A DNA stretch of 64,000 bases from positions 2,642 through 66,641 of the forward strand of contig CAZEUG010000007.1 of the NCBI GenBank assembly GCA_964515055.1, given 5' to 3'. The notes beneath the pieces were generated by a model. The model did no database searches and was not told where the DNA came from. It saw nothing but the letters and a program-made list of their open reading frames with translations. A program made the translations under genes and the position numbers. The stretch comes from an uncultured Oscillospiraceae bacterium. Its GTDB lineage: Bacteria > Bacillota > Clostridia > Oscillospirales > QAMX01. This document shows positions 1-9,199 of this stretch, one piece after another (the stretch's first letter is position 1; every line of letters begins with the position of its first letter).

Positions 1-1142
1 TTGCCGAGCGATAAAATGGTTTTGGCATTGGCGTTGCCGTACATGATGCTGCCCATGAGCCGTTCGGCATCGTACAGATCGGACAGCAAACGGGCGAATT
101 CAGCACGACCAATGGTATCGTCCAAAAGCTCTGCAACGGCGTTTTGCCGACGAATGATTTCCGCGATGGAATACAGCGGATGCTCCAGCCAGGAACGCAG
201 CAGACGTCCGCCCATGGCTGTCTGGGTGTGGTCGATGACGCCGAGCAGACTCCCCCTGCGTTCCTTATGAATCATGGTTTCCGTCAGCTCCAGGGCATAA
301 CGCGTTTCCCATGGCAGCTCCATGAATTTGGAGGTTTGATAGACATCCAGATGGCTCATGTGCCCGAGCTGGCACATGACGGTGTTTTCCAAATAATCGA
401 GCAGATAGCCTGCGGAAAACACAATTTCCTCCGTTTCAACGGTGAGCAGAGCATCCGAACCGGAACGACCGGTCTGCTTCAGTAACTGTTGAACACAGCA
501 CTCAAAATCCAATGTCGTCTCTGCACTGGGGCGAAAAACCTGATGATCACGGATAAAATCGGATAATTCGTCAGAATCATTCAACGAACCGACGATCAGA
601 ATCTCACTTGGCTGAATGGCTGAAAGCTCACTGATCAGCTTCTGCAGACTGGCTGTCCCGCTGATGGACGTGGCACGGAGCGTTCCAGACGAGATGTCGG
701 CATAGCAAAGGCCGATGGACGCATCGGAGGAACTCTGATAGAGCGAAACAATGAAGTTGTTTTTCCGCCCATCCAGCATATCAGGGTCAATCACAGTGCC
801 GGGTGTAATTCGGCGAACAACCCCACGCTTGACAATCCCTTTGGCCTTGGCTGGATCCTCCAGCTGTTCGCAGACAGCGACCTTAAAGCCCTTTGCAATC
901 AGACGGGAAATGTAAGCCTCTGCACTGTGATAGGGCACGCCGCACATGGGGGCGCGTTCTTCTGTGCCGCAGTCCTTTCCGGTGAGTGTGATATCCAACA
1001 GCTTGGACGCATTGATGGCATCGTCAAAGAACATCTCATAGAAGTCCCCCATGCGGTAAAACAGGAATGCATCCTGGTTTTCCTGCTTGATTTCGAGATA
1101 TTGGCGCATGGCGGGTGTAAAACGTGTCTGGTTGTTCTCCAT
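1..1142 (-). CDS. mutS: DNA mismatch repair protein MutS, N-terminal ~380 codons (gene runs off the left window edge)
   Basis: Absent from the ORF track because no stop lies in the window. My translation of the reverse strand from the ATG at 1142-1140 gives MENNQTRFTPAMRQYLEIKQENQDAFLFYRMGDFYEMFFDDAINASKLLDITLTGKDCG..ERAPMCGVPYHSAEAYISRLIAKGFKVAVCEQLEDP, the MutS mismatch-binding domain I. The frame stays open to position 1. It starts 21 nt after the miaB stop. Confidence 0.9.
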   Translation of the reverse strand, partial: MENNQTRFTPAMRQYLEIKQENQDAFLFYRMGDFYEMFFDDAINASKLLDITLTGKDCGTEERAPMCGVPYHSAEAYISRLIAKGFKVAVCEQLEDPAKAKGIVKRGVVRRITPGTVIDPDMLDGRKNNFIVSLYQSSSDASIGLCYADISSGTLRATSISGTASLQKLISELSAIQPSEILIVGSLNDSDELSDFIRDHQVFRPSAETTLDFECCVQQLLKQTGRSGSDALLTVETEEIVFSAGYLLDYLENTVMCQLGHMSHLDVYQTSKFMELPWETRYALELTETMIHKERRGSLLGVIDHTQTAMGGRLLRSWLEHPLYSIAEIIRRQNAVAELLDDTIGRAEFARLLSDLYDAERLMGSIMYGNANAKTILSLG

Positions 1143-1163
1143 GATGACCTCTCTTTTGTATGT

Positions 1164-2621
1164 TCAGGTGTGGCGTTCGGGTGTGATCGGCTGGCCGGAA
1201 AGAGACCATGTTGTACTGCCTGTAATTTGAACGTCAGCGAAGGAGCCGATTGGTACATCAGAATCAGGCAGAACAACCAACCGGCCGCCATTGGTACGCG
1301 CTGACAGGCAGTTGGGCTGATGCTCAGCCGGCCCATCAATCAGGACGCGCATGGTTTTTCCGATATAAGCGCTGTGAATTTCCTTGGAAATGGTATTTTG
1401 TGTTTGAACCAGCTGCTGAAACCGGCGATCCTTTTCCTCCTTCGGAGTCGGATCTTCCAGCTCCGCAGCACGGGTTCCCTTGCGCGGTGAAAAGATAAAC
1501 GTAAAGAGCGCATCAAAACGCAAATCCTCCACCAGATGAAGCGTATCCAGAAAATCGGCCTCGGTTTCGCCGGGGAATCCGACAATGACATCGCTGGTGA
1601 TGATGAGATCCGGCAAATACGAACGAGCCATATGGATAAGCTCACGATAGTGCTCCGCAGTATAGCCGCGATTCATTCGACGCAGGATTTCATTGGAGCC
1701 GGATTGGAACGGCAGGTGCAGGTGGTGTGTGACCTTGGAGCATTCAGCCATCGCACGGAAGAGCCGCTCGTTGGCATCTTTTGGATGACTGGTCATAAAG
1801 CGAATCCAGAAGTCTCCGTCCAAAGCATCCACTCTGCGGAGCAAATCTGGAAAATCGACACGCTCTTCCAGACCCTTGCCGTAGGAGTTGACGTTTTGAC
1901 CGAGCAGAGTCAGGTCGCGACAGCCATCCCGCTGAATCAACTGTTCAGCCGAATGCAAAACCTCCTCGGGACGCCGGGAACGCTCCCTGCCCCGCACATA
2001 AGGAACGATGCAGTAACTGCAGAAATTATCGCATCCATACATGATGGGCAGCCAACCGCGAACCGAACGATCCCGGTGAACCGGCAATCCTTCGGCAATG
2101 ACTCCATCGGACGGAGTGGCTGCAATCATCCGCTGGTTATGAAACAGAACTTCAAACAGGAGGGATGGAAAGCGCCAGAGATCGTGCGAGCTGAAGACAA
2201 GAGAAACCGCCGGGAAACTCTTTTCAATCCGTTGACGGACGTGTGGTTCACCAGCCATGCAGCCACAGAGCGCAAGAACCAGGCCGGGCTTTTTCTTCTT
2301 GTATTGGAGCATGGCGCCAATGTTGCCAAAGACGCGCTGTTCGGCGTGTTCGCGAACGGCACAGGTATTAAAAACAATCAGATCAGCCTCTGCGGGCGAT
2401 GAGCAGATGCCATAGCCCATTTCGAGCGCCATACCGCGAATATTTTCACTGTCCGCCTCATTTTGCTGGCAACCATATGTCTCAACATAGCAGAGCCGGG
2501 AGGCAGATTGATTGAACTCGCGGATACGCGCCATATATGTATACTGATCAGCAATTTGTTCACTTGAAATTTCGGTTCGTTTTGAATGATGTTCTGACAA
2601 TTGTTTCAGCTTCCTCTGCAT
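1164..2621 (-). CDS. miaB: tRNA-i6A37 methylthiotransferase MiaB (radical SAM)
   Basis: ORF 1164..2657. Shows the N-domain YVETYGCQQNEADSE, the radical-SAM cluster CDNFCSYCIVPYVRG and a TRAM-like C-terminus. I prefer the ATG at 2621 (MQRKLKQ) over the TTG at 2657, but cannot settle it. Confidence 0.88.
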   Translation of the reverse strand: MQRKLKQLSEHHSKRTEISSEQIADQYTYMARIREFNQSASRLCYVETYGCQQNEADSENIRGMALEMGYGICSSPAEADLIVFNTCAVREHAEQRVFGNIGAMLQYKKKKPGLVLALCGCMAGEPHVRQRIEKSFPAVSLVFSSHDLWRFPSLLFEVLFHNQRMIAATPSDGVIAEGLPVHRDRSVRGWLPIMYGCDNFCSYCIVPYVRGRERSRRPEEVLHSAEQLIQRDGCRDLTLLGQNVNSYGKGLEERVDFPDLLRRVDALDGDFWIRFMTSHPKDANERLFRAMAECSKVTHHLHLPFQSGSNEILRRMNRGYTAEHYRELIHMARSYLPDLIITSDVIVGFPGETEADFLDTLHLVEDLRFDALFTFIFSPRKGTRAAELEDPTPKEEKDRRFQQLVQTQNTISKEIHSAYIGKTMRVLIDGPAEHQPNCLSARTNGGRLVVLPDSDVPIGSFADVQITGSTTWSLSGQPITPERHT

Positions 2622-2675
2622 GATATTTGCGCCCCTGCTCACGGAAAGGGTCTTCAAACATAAATTCTACTCTAT

Positions 2676-2704
2676 ATTATATCATAATTGACCGGGTTTG
2701 ACCA
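2676..2704 (-). promoter_or_regulatory. putative sigma-A-type promoter for miaB-mutS
   Basis: The reverse strand reads TGATATAAT (extended -10; TATAAT = 2681..2676). A weak -35 TGGTCA lies 17 nt upstream. Confidence 0.4.
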
Positions 2705-2726
2705 TAGAGAAAAAGTATGGTATAAT
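2698..2726 (+). promoter_or_regulatory. putative sigma-A-type promoter for the 2800..3984 gene
   Basis: TTGACC (2698-2703), 17-nt spacer, TATAAT (2721-2726) preceded by TGG. Confidence 0.5.
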
Positions 2727-2799
2727 TAAATTTGAGCATTCGAATCCCCTGATCTGCGGATGCACGGCCGCTACCTGAGAAACAAAAGGATGATGGATT

Positions 2800-3984
2800 T
2801 TGATTGATACTGTTGCATTCACTTTGTATGTGAAACGCGTTTTGCGTGAGGTACGCAGACACTCCTCCGACACATATATTGACCGGCAAATCATCGGTGA
2901 AATTGAGCGCCGTGTTTTGGAACTGTCAGAAGGCCGAACGGATGAAGCGTCAGTGCGAGCGGCGCTGAAACAGATGGAACCGGCTTCCGAGCTTGGGTAT
3001 CGTTATCGTGCAGAATACCGGTCATCCGCGGAAAAACCAGACGGTTTTCTGCTGTTTGAAACGTTCTTTTCCAATGTCGCGGCGATGGCCTTGCTCTTGC
3101 TGACCGTGTTTGTTGTCTTTCGGCTGTTTCCACAGAAGGAGTATGTCGGCTATGCGGCCTGTGCCGTTGCAGCGGCCTGCGCGGCCATCCTGGCACATAA
3201 ACGTTTTTACAACATTCACTATTCGCTGGCGACCATCCTGATTCCGGCCTTTCTGCTGCTCTATTATCCGTGCAAGCACTCCATTCAGGCCGCACGGGCA
3301 CCCGGCGGCAGCTTTCTAACATCGTTTTTCTCCTATCGCTATCACATCATTTTTATCTCGCTGATTGTGATTACAATCGTTTACAGCGCAGTCACGGCCT
3401 TGCTGCACGCGAAAACCTATCTTCGCAGCTGGGTGCGGACGATTTCGATCCTTGCCGCTGTGCTCTTTCTGGTGGCCTGCTCGGCCGGATTTGCGACGTA
3501 TGCGAACCACCTGAAACAGGTTTATCATGCAGAGGCTGAGGTCTGTCTGGCGGCGGCACGTGAGAGCTTTGACGGCTATCTGCAGAATGAGCAGGGTGCA
3601 TTGAAAGCGGCAGAAGAAGATGCTGGAAAGATCGCAGAACTGTACGAACGATATGCCGGCATCTATGTGCCGGCAGACCGTCAAACCGGCGGAGCCTATG
3701 AGGCGCTGCTGGAGATGTTTGAAATCTGGGAAACCGGAACCGAATCGCTGATTGTCCATTTCCATGCGGGCTATGATGCAGAAAAAAGAAAGAATCCGAT
3801 TCAGACGGAACCGATCGACGAAAAAATCCGCCAGGTTCAGGATTCCGTTGAAAGGCTCTTAAACCGGACATCTGATGGCGAACCGTTTCAACAGCTGCTG
3901 GAGCTGGAATCGCGCTGTCAGCTTTTGCAAAGCGAATTACAGACAACCGTATTGGAAGCCTATCATCAATGGATTTATCAATAA
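2800..3984 (+). CDS. hypothetical polytopic membrane protein
   Basis: 394-codon ORF with a TTG start behind AAAGGATGATGG. It has a charged helical N-terminus (IIGEIERRVLELSEGRTDEASVRAALKQM). Several hydrophobic segments follow at aa ~85-235, then a Glu/Gln-rich helical C-terminal domain. No family recognised with confidence. Confidence 0.6.
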   Translation: MIDTVAFTLYVKRVLREVRRHSSDTYIDRQIIGEIERRVLELSEGRTDEASVRAALKQMEPASELGYRYRAEYRSSAEKPDGFLLFETFFSNVAAMALLLLTVFVVFRLFPQKEYVGYAACAVAAACAAILAHKRFYNIHYSLATILIPAFLLLYYPCKHSIQAARAPGGSFLTSFFSYRYHIIFISLIVITIVYSAVTALLHAKTYLRSWVRTISILAAVLFLVACSAGFATYANHLKQVYHAEAEVCLAAARESFDGYLQNEQGALKAAEEDAGKIAELYERYAGIYVPADRQTGGAYEALLEMFEIWETGTESLIVHFHAGYDAEKRKNPIQTEPIDEKIRQVQDSVERLLNRTSDGEPFQQLLELESRCQLLQSELQTTVLEAYHQWIYQ

Positions 3985-4024
3985 ATGCGGACAGACCTGT
4001 CAAATGAAATGACAGGTCTGTCTG

Positions 4025-4579
4025 TCACCTGGCGGCGACGGTGATCTGCCCAGCGTCCAGAAGAACGTTGGTGATGGAAAAACCGCTTTTCTCCAGCTGT
4101 GTCGATAGAAAATCGCTGATGGATGCGGTGAGTCTGTTCGGCAGAAAGCCTACCGGGATCGCATAGCCACCGAGTGAAAAGCTTTTGGGCTGAATGCGCA
4201 ATGTGCCGCGGTCAACGTGAACCGAGAACTGAGCGGAGGTATTGACAGACTCCGGCAGCAGAGAACGGATGGCAAGCAGCTCCGGGTAAGTTTGAAGCAC
4301 CTGAGACGGTAAAATCCTGTCCGGGTGGACTGCGCCGGAAATGGTCAGCCCATCCGGCGAAAACCGGACGCGCAGATTCTGAAACGGAAAATCAGACGGA
4401 AGATACGATTGCAGCAGTTCGTTTGCTTTGGTATCTGTCAGCGTGATTCGAAGGACAGCGTCTGTAGAATTCGGTTGTGAGTGTGTGGTACGCCGGTGAA
4501 GCAAGGAAGGTCGAATGAGCACAAGCAAACCGGCCAGAATCAGCGTGCAAAAAAACAGAAACGGGATTTTCGACTTCAC
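4025..4579 (-). CDS. hypothetical membrane-anchored/secreted protein
   Basis: 184-codon ORF with an N-terminal signal-anchor MKSKIPFLFFCTLILAGLLVLI; the remainder is soluble. Convergent with the previous gene. No family recognised. Confidence 0.55.
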   Translation of the reverse strand: MKSKIPFLFFCTLILAGLLVLIRPSLLHRRTTHSQPNSTDAVLRITLTDTKANELLQSYLPSDFPFQNLRVRFSPDGLTISGAVHPDRILPSQVLQTYPELLAIRSLLPESVNTSAQFSVHVDRGTLRIQPKSFSLGGYAIPVGFLPNRLTASISDFLSTQLEKSGFSITNVLLDAGQITVAAR

Positions 4580-4645
4580 GGCAAAACGCCTCCTTTGTCT
4601 GAAAGAAGCTTATGCCGGAAGGCAAGCCGATATGCAGAAAAACAG

Positions 4646-5941
4646 TCAGTGCAGCAGACTTCCGAGCAGTTCCCCATTCCGATGCTCAGTGATTTGTACA
4701 GAGACGGGCAAGCCACGTCGAATGGACGGGTCATTTGGCAGGAGGACATACAGATAGCGGTCTGTGTATCCGCCGAGTCGGCCGTTCCGTTCTTCCTCCG
4801 GCAGCACGGTGACAACCGACCCAACCTGACGTTCCAGATATTGGTCGCGCAGCTGATTGCAGAGCGCGGTGCATACGGAGCAGCGCTCGTGCTTGACGTC
4901 ACCTGTCACCTGATTGGACATCTTGGCGGCGGCGGTGCCTTCGCGAATCGAGTACGGGAAAATGTGAGCATCTCCGAGCTGACATTCGGACAGGGTTTGC
5001 AACGTTTCCTGAAATTCTGCGTTGCTTTCACCCGGAAAACCGACGATGATATCAGCTGTAATGTTGGGATCATCAAAATAGGTTCGCAAGAGCGAGACGG
5101 AACGCAGCACGTCTTCTGCGGTATAGTGGCGGTTCATGCGGCGGAGTGTGTCGGTGCAGCCGCTCTGAAGTGACAGATGGAAATGGTGGCAGAGGTTCTC
5201 GAGCTTGGACAGTCTCCGACAGAACGCTTCATCGATCAGAGTGGGCTTGAGAGACCCGAGGCTGATGCGCGTCGTTCCGGCAGCCAGACAGATTTTTTCC
5301 ACGAGGTCACACAAATCGCAATGGGGCGTCAGATCGGAGCCGTATGCAGAAATTTCAATGCCGGTTAAGACGATCTCGCGGAATCCCTGTTCACAGAGCA
5401 GACGGGTCTGTTCGATGGCCTGTTCCAACGGGAGTGAACGGATAGGTCCGCGGGCGAATGGAATAATGCAATATGTGCAGAAGTTGGTGCAGCCGTCTTC
5501 GATTTTCAACAGGGCTCTGGTTCGACCGTGCAATCCGCCGGCGGGCAGCGTGATAAAATCGGGTGATTCGGCGGCGATTGTTTTCACGGGCCATGTGCGT
5601 TCCTCAAGGGCCTGTGCGACGGCGTTTGCAAATTCCAGGTAATTGCGGTTGCCGCCCAGCAGATCAGCTCCGCAGCTTCGAACGAGACTCGAGGAAGCGG
5701 TTTGCACCATGCAGCCGCACACGGCCACCAGCGCATCCGGATGCAGACGCTTCAAATGGCGAATCAGCTGGCGCGTTTTTTTGTCTGCGGTTGATGTGAC
5801 GGTGCAGGAATTGATAATATAGGCATCTGCCGCATCATCCTGTGCAACAATTTCAAAGCCACGGGCAGCCAACAGCTTTTCCATGGCCTGACATTCAAAC
5901 TGGTTGGTTTTGCAGCCCAACGTGCAGACAGCGATTTTCAT
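4646..5941 (-). CDS. mtaB: MiaB-like radical-SAM methylthiotransferase, MtaB type (ms2t6A)
   Basis: ORF 4646..6079, but an AAGGAGGA RBS precedes the internal start MKIAVCTLGCKTNQFECQAMEKLL (ATG 5941). Contains the radical-SAM motif CTNFCTYCIIPFARG and a TRAM-like end. Second paralogue of this family in the window. Confidence 0.8.
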   Translation of the reverse strand: MKIAVCTLGCKTNQFECQAMEKLLAARGFEIVAQDDAADAYIINSCTVTSTADKKTRQLIRHLKRLHPDALVAVCGCMVQTASSSLVRSCGADLLGGNRNYLEFANAVAQALEERTWPVKTIAAESPDFITLPAGGLHGRTRALLKIEDGCTNFCTYCIIPFARGPIRSLPLEQAIEQTRLLCEQGFREIVLTGIEISAYGSDLTPHCDLCDLVEKICLAAGTTRISLGSLKPTLIDEAFCRRLSKLENLCHHFHLSLQSGCTDTLRRMNRHYTAEDVLRSVSLLRTYFDDPNITADIIVGFPGESNAEFQETLQTLSECQLGDAHIFPYSIREGTAAAKMSNQVTGDVKHERCSVCTALCNQLRDQYLERQVGSVVTVLPEEERNGRLGGYTDRYLYVLLPNDPSIRRGLPVSVQITEHRNGELLGSLLH

Positions 5942-5986
5942 GGTCGGGATCCTCCTTGAATTCCGGAAAAGTTTTCTGGCGGATGA

Positions 5987-6015
5987 TTGCAAACGCGCCG
6001 CCAATATGGTACAAT
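5987..6015 (+). promoter_or_regulatory. putative sigma-A-type promoter for the HPr-like gene
   Basis: TTGCAA (5987-5992), 17-nt spacer, TACAAT (6010-6015) preceded by TGG. The RBS AAAGGTGG follows. Confidence 0.5.
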
Positions 6016-6048
6016 ATAGCATGAGAATATCAGAAAGGTGGTTTTCAT

Positions 6049-6288
6049 ATGACGACGAAAAACATCCAATTGCTTTCAATCAGTGATGTCAAGGAATTTG
6101 TGAACGCAGCCAATAGTATTGACTTTGATATTGATCTGATTTCTGGCCGTTACACGGTAGATGCAAAGTCAATTATGGGGATTTTCAGCCTTGATCTGAC
6201 CAAACCGATTGTGATTGCCGCAAATACGGACAATGCAGAAAAGGCCAATCAATTCTTTGATTCTATCAAAAAGTTCATCATTGACTGA
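6049..6288 (+). CDS. HPr-fold protein lacking the phospho-histidine (HPr-like, non-PTS)
   Basis: 79 aa. VDAKSIMGIFSL matches the HPr Ser46 region (LKSIMGVMSL in B. subtilis HPr). The overall length and beta-alpha pattern fit HPr, but the protein contains no histidine at all. Confidence 0.7.
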   Translation: MTTKNIQLLSISDVKEFVNAANSIDFDIDLISGRYTVDAKSIMGIFSLDLTKPIVIAANTDNAEKANQFFDSIKKFIID

Positions 6289-6308
6289 TTGTCAGCTCAG
6301 AACAGGAT

Positions 6309-6343
6309 TCAGCCGGAACGCTTTGCGTTTCGGCTGATTTCAT
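6309..6343 (+). terminator. intrinsic terminator after the HPr-like gene
   Basis: 13-bp stem tcagccggaacgc / gcgtttcggctga (one G-U pair), 3-nt loop, followed by TTTCATATT. Confidence 0.65.
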
Positions 6344-6424
6344 ATTCAGGAACGATTCCGCATAGGTATTTTATCAAAAAGCCGGATGCACTTTTGGCAA
6401 TCGGCAAAAGAAACGGAGCAGCCT

Positions 6425-7624
6425 ATGAAGAAAAAATGCGTGATCGTTTTGATGCTTTGCTGTTTACTGAGCGGGATATGTCAGGCGGGCGGTGATCCGG
6501 TGCTGCCGTCCGTTGCAGACAGAAATAACGCAACGGGAGCCGATGCAACCGTCACAATTGGAGCCATAGACAATCTACGGGCAGAAAGCGCCATTCTGGT
6601 GGATCTGAATACCGGGAAGACGCTTTATGACTGGAATGCCGATGAGGTTCTGCCGCCTGCATCCATTACCAAAATCATGACACTGCTGCTGGTCATCGAA
6701 GCGGCAGAGCGCGGAGATGTTCAATACAGTGATTTAGTGACGGCCAGCGAACACGCCTGCTCCATGGGCGGCGCACAGATTTACCTGAAGGTTGGCGAGC
6801 AGATGAGCGTGGAGGAGCTGATCAAGGCTGTTTCCATTGCCTCGGCCAACGATGCTGCCGTTGCACTTGCGGAACACATTGCCGGCAGTGAGAGCCTGTT
6901 TGTATCGAAAATGAATGAACGAGCCCGGGAACTTGGAATGTCGCAGACAACGTTTCAAAATGCCTGTGGGCTGGATGCGGAAAACCATGTCACAACAGCC
7001 AGAGACATTGCAAAAATGAGCGTAGAGCTCTGTAAGCACGAAAAGGCCTTTGCGTATTCGACGACGTGGATGGATTCTGTGCGCAACGGAGCTTTTCAAC
7101 TGGTGAACACCAACAAACTCATTCGAACCTATCGCGGCATCACCGGCCTGAAGACCGGCTCTACCGGGAAAGCGAAATGCTGCCTGTCGGCAACGGCAGC
7201 ACGCGACGATGTTGCGCTGTGTGCGGTGGTTATGGGGTGTGAAACCGGAACCATCCGCTTTGAAAGCGCAGCGGCGCTGCTGGACTATGGCTTTGCCACG
7301 TTCGAACGCGTCAATCTGACGGATTCCATTGAACTGCCGGAAATTCGGATTCGATACGGAACCGAAGAATCTGTACAGCCGGTCTGCGATGCGGACACGT
7401 CTGTCCTGCTGGCACGTGGAAAAAAGGAACGGCTGCTGCAGACCGTCGAAATCAGTGAAGAGCTGAATGCACCGATTCAGGCCGGAGAGGTGGTCGGAAC
7501 GATCATCGTCACCTGCGAAGAAGAAGAAATTGCGCGCGTTCCGATCATCGTACAGACAGCGGTGGAGCGGCTGTCCTGGCTACAGGCCTTTTCAAGGCTG
7601 TTGAGCGCATTCAGAGTTTTTTAG
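6425..7624 (+). CDS. D-alanyl-D-alanine carboxypeptidase (peptidase S11, PBP5 type)
   Basis: ORF 6386..7624; start taken at MKKKCVIVLMLCC (signal peptide). Has SITK (SxxK), SAND (SxN) and KTGS (KTG) motifs plus a PBP5 C-terminal domain. Confidence 0.85.
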   Translation: MKKKCVIVLMLCCLLSGICQAGGDPVLPSVADRNNATGADATVTIGAIDNLRAESAILVDLNTGKTLYDWNADEVLPPASITKIMTLLLVIEAAERGDVQYSDLVTASEHACSMGGAQIYLKVGEQMSVEELIKAVSIASANDAAVALAEHIAGSESLFVSKMNERARELGMSQTTFQNACGLDAENHVTTARDIAKMSVELCKHEKAFAYSTTWMDSVRNGAFQLVNTNKLIRTYRGITGLKTGSTGKAKCCLSATAARDDVALCAVVMGCETGTIRFESAAALLDYGFATFERVNLTDSIELPEIRIRYGTEESVQPVCDADTSVLLARGKKERLLQTVEISEELNAPIQAGEVVGTIIVTCEEEEIARVPIIVQTAVERLSWLQAFSRLLSAFRVF

Positions 7625-7678
7625 AAAAGCGGATCCGAATCGGCGAGCGAATGCAGAACCGGTTTGGATCCGACTGCT

Positions 7679-8644
7679 TTATGCCTGCAATCCGACAATG
7701 ACTGCACACCAGTTGTTGTCAATCTGGACGGCTTGAATGGCAAAACCGGCCTTCTGAACGGCAGAGAGAATGTCTTCCAGTCGGGCATCGATGATACCGG
7801 AGAGGATCAATGTGCCCTTGGGGCTGAGCAGCTCTTTGGCCTTTGGCAGCAATGCCAAAATGACGTCAGCGACAATATTCATGACGATGAGATCGTAGCC
7901 GCCAGGGCGATCTGCGCAGGACGAATCCCGGCAAAGATCGCACGCATGAAACTCGGTCCGATCGGATACATGGTTCAGGGCAGCATTGCTGCGGGAGACT
8001 TCAGCCGCTTTCTGATCAATATCGGCGCCGACCACATAGCTCGCGCCGAGCAGGGCCGCGATAATCGAGAGAATACCGCTGCCGCAGCCCATATCCAGTA
8101 CGACTTCCCCACCATGAATCCGCTCCTCCAGCGCTTTCATGCACAGCTGTGTCGTTTCGTGCGTTCCGCTGCCGAATGCCAGGCCGGGATTGCAGACAAA
8201 GACAACACGCCCCTCCGGGTCGTCCAGCGTTTCCCATTCCGGCTTCACATAGAGCCGCTCACCGACTTTGAACGGCTTGTAGTATTTCATCCAGGCGGTG
8301 GCCCATTCGGCGTCATCGGTGACTGTGAAGCTGATGGCCAGGGTGCCAAAATCGATATCATCACGGGCTGTCCGCAGTTCAGACGTTGCAGCTTGCAGGA
8401 GCTCCATCAACTCGTCCTGCTGATCCTCGTCGCTGACATAGAGGGTGATCCGGGAAACGCCTTGTTTTGCCTGAAGCAGGGATTCATCCACATAATCCCA
8501 GCAGGTTCGATTGTTTTCCAGAAAGTCTTCAAAGTCTTTCTCGTCTTCAATTGCAAAATCTTCCAGACCAATCGCAATCAGTTTATCGGAAAGCGGTTCA
8601 ATGCCTTCCGATGTCGTATCGATGTGAATTTCCAGCCAATTCAT
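7679..8644 (-). CDS. prmA: ribosomal protein L11 methyltransferase
   Basis: N-terminus MNWLEIHIDTTSEGIEPLSDKLIAIG and SAM motif VLDMGCGSGILSI. The start overlaps the upstream NUDIX gene stop by 4 nt. Confidence 0.9.
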   Translation of the reverse strand: MNWLEIHIDTTSEGIEPLSDKLIAIGLEDFAIEDEKDFEDFLENNRTCWDYVDESLLQAKQGVSRITLYVSDEDQQDELMELLQAATSELRTARDDIDFGTLAISFTVTDDAEWATAWMKYYKPFKVGERLYVKPEWETLDDPEGRVVFVCNPGLAFGSGTHETTQLCMKALEERIHGGEVVLDMGCGSGILSIIAALLGASYVVGADIDQKAAEVSRSNAALNHVSDRTEFHACDLCRDSSCADRPGGYDLIVMNIVADVILALLPKAKELLSPKGTLILSGIIDARLEDILSAVQKAGFAIQAVQIDNNWCAVIVGLQA

Positions 8645-9183
8645 AAAGCTGACTCCCCTTTTTTCTCTTGTCGATGAAGGTCGCGTTCATCCTTCAGATC
8701 AAACAGCAAATCAATCAGTGACAGGTGATACGGGATAAAGCGCCCGTCATGAATCATTTCATGGATTTCTTCACGTGAAGCCCAGCGCAGTTCAGAGACT
8801 TCTTCCGGCTGCGGCGTCAACGCTGCAATGTCCACGGGGTGCGTGAGGATATAAAAATCATCAAAACCGGTTTCGAAGTTAGCGGTGAAAGCAGGTCGAA
8901 TCCGGGTCAGGTCAAGTGAAAGTCCAATTTCCTCGCGCATTTCCCGTTCGGCTGCGGCACGGGAATCGTCACCGGCAATGGCGCTGCCGCCGACAGAAAA
9001 ATCCCACAGATCCGGCCAGCCGCTCTTAAAAGGCTGACGATGCTGAATCAGCATCCGACCGGCTTCATCGAAAATACAAATGTGTACAACCAGATGGTAG
9101 GTTCCGGGCGGCTGAGGCTCTCCGCGTTGCATCGTACCGGGCAGGCGATTCCGGTATTCGTCAAACAAATCCCAAAGCTCCAT
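8641..9183 (-). CDS. NUDIX hydrolase
   Basis: 180 aa with a Nudix box GGSAIAGDDSRAAAEREMREEIGL. Confidence 0.8.
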   Translation of the reverse strand: MELWDLFDEYRNRLPGTMQRGEPQPPGTYHLVVHICIFDEAGRMLIQHRQPFKSGWPDLWDFSVGGSAIAGDDSRAAAEREMREEIGLSLDLTRIRPAFTANFETGFDDFYILTHPVDIAALTPQPEEVSELRWASREEIHEMIHDGRFIPYHLSLIDLLFDLKDERDLHRQEKKGESAL

Positions 9184-9199
9184 ATCCCCTGCTCTCCTC

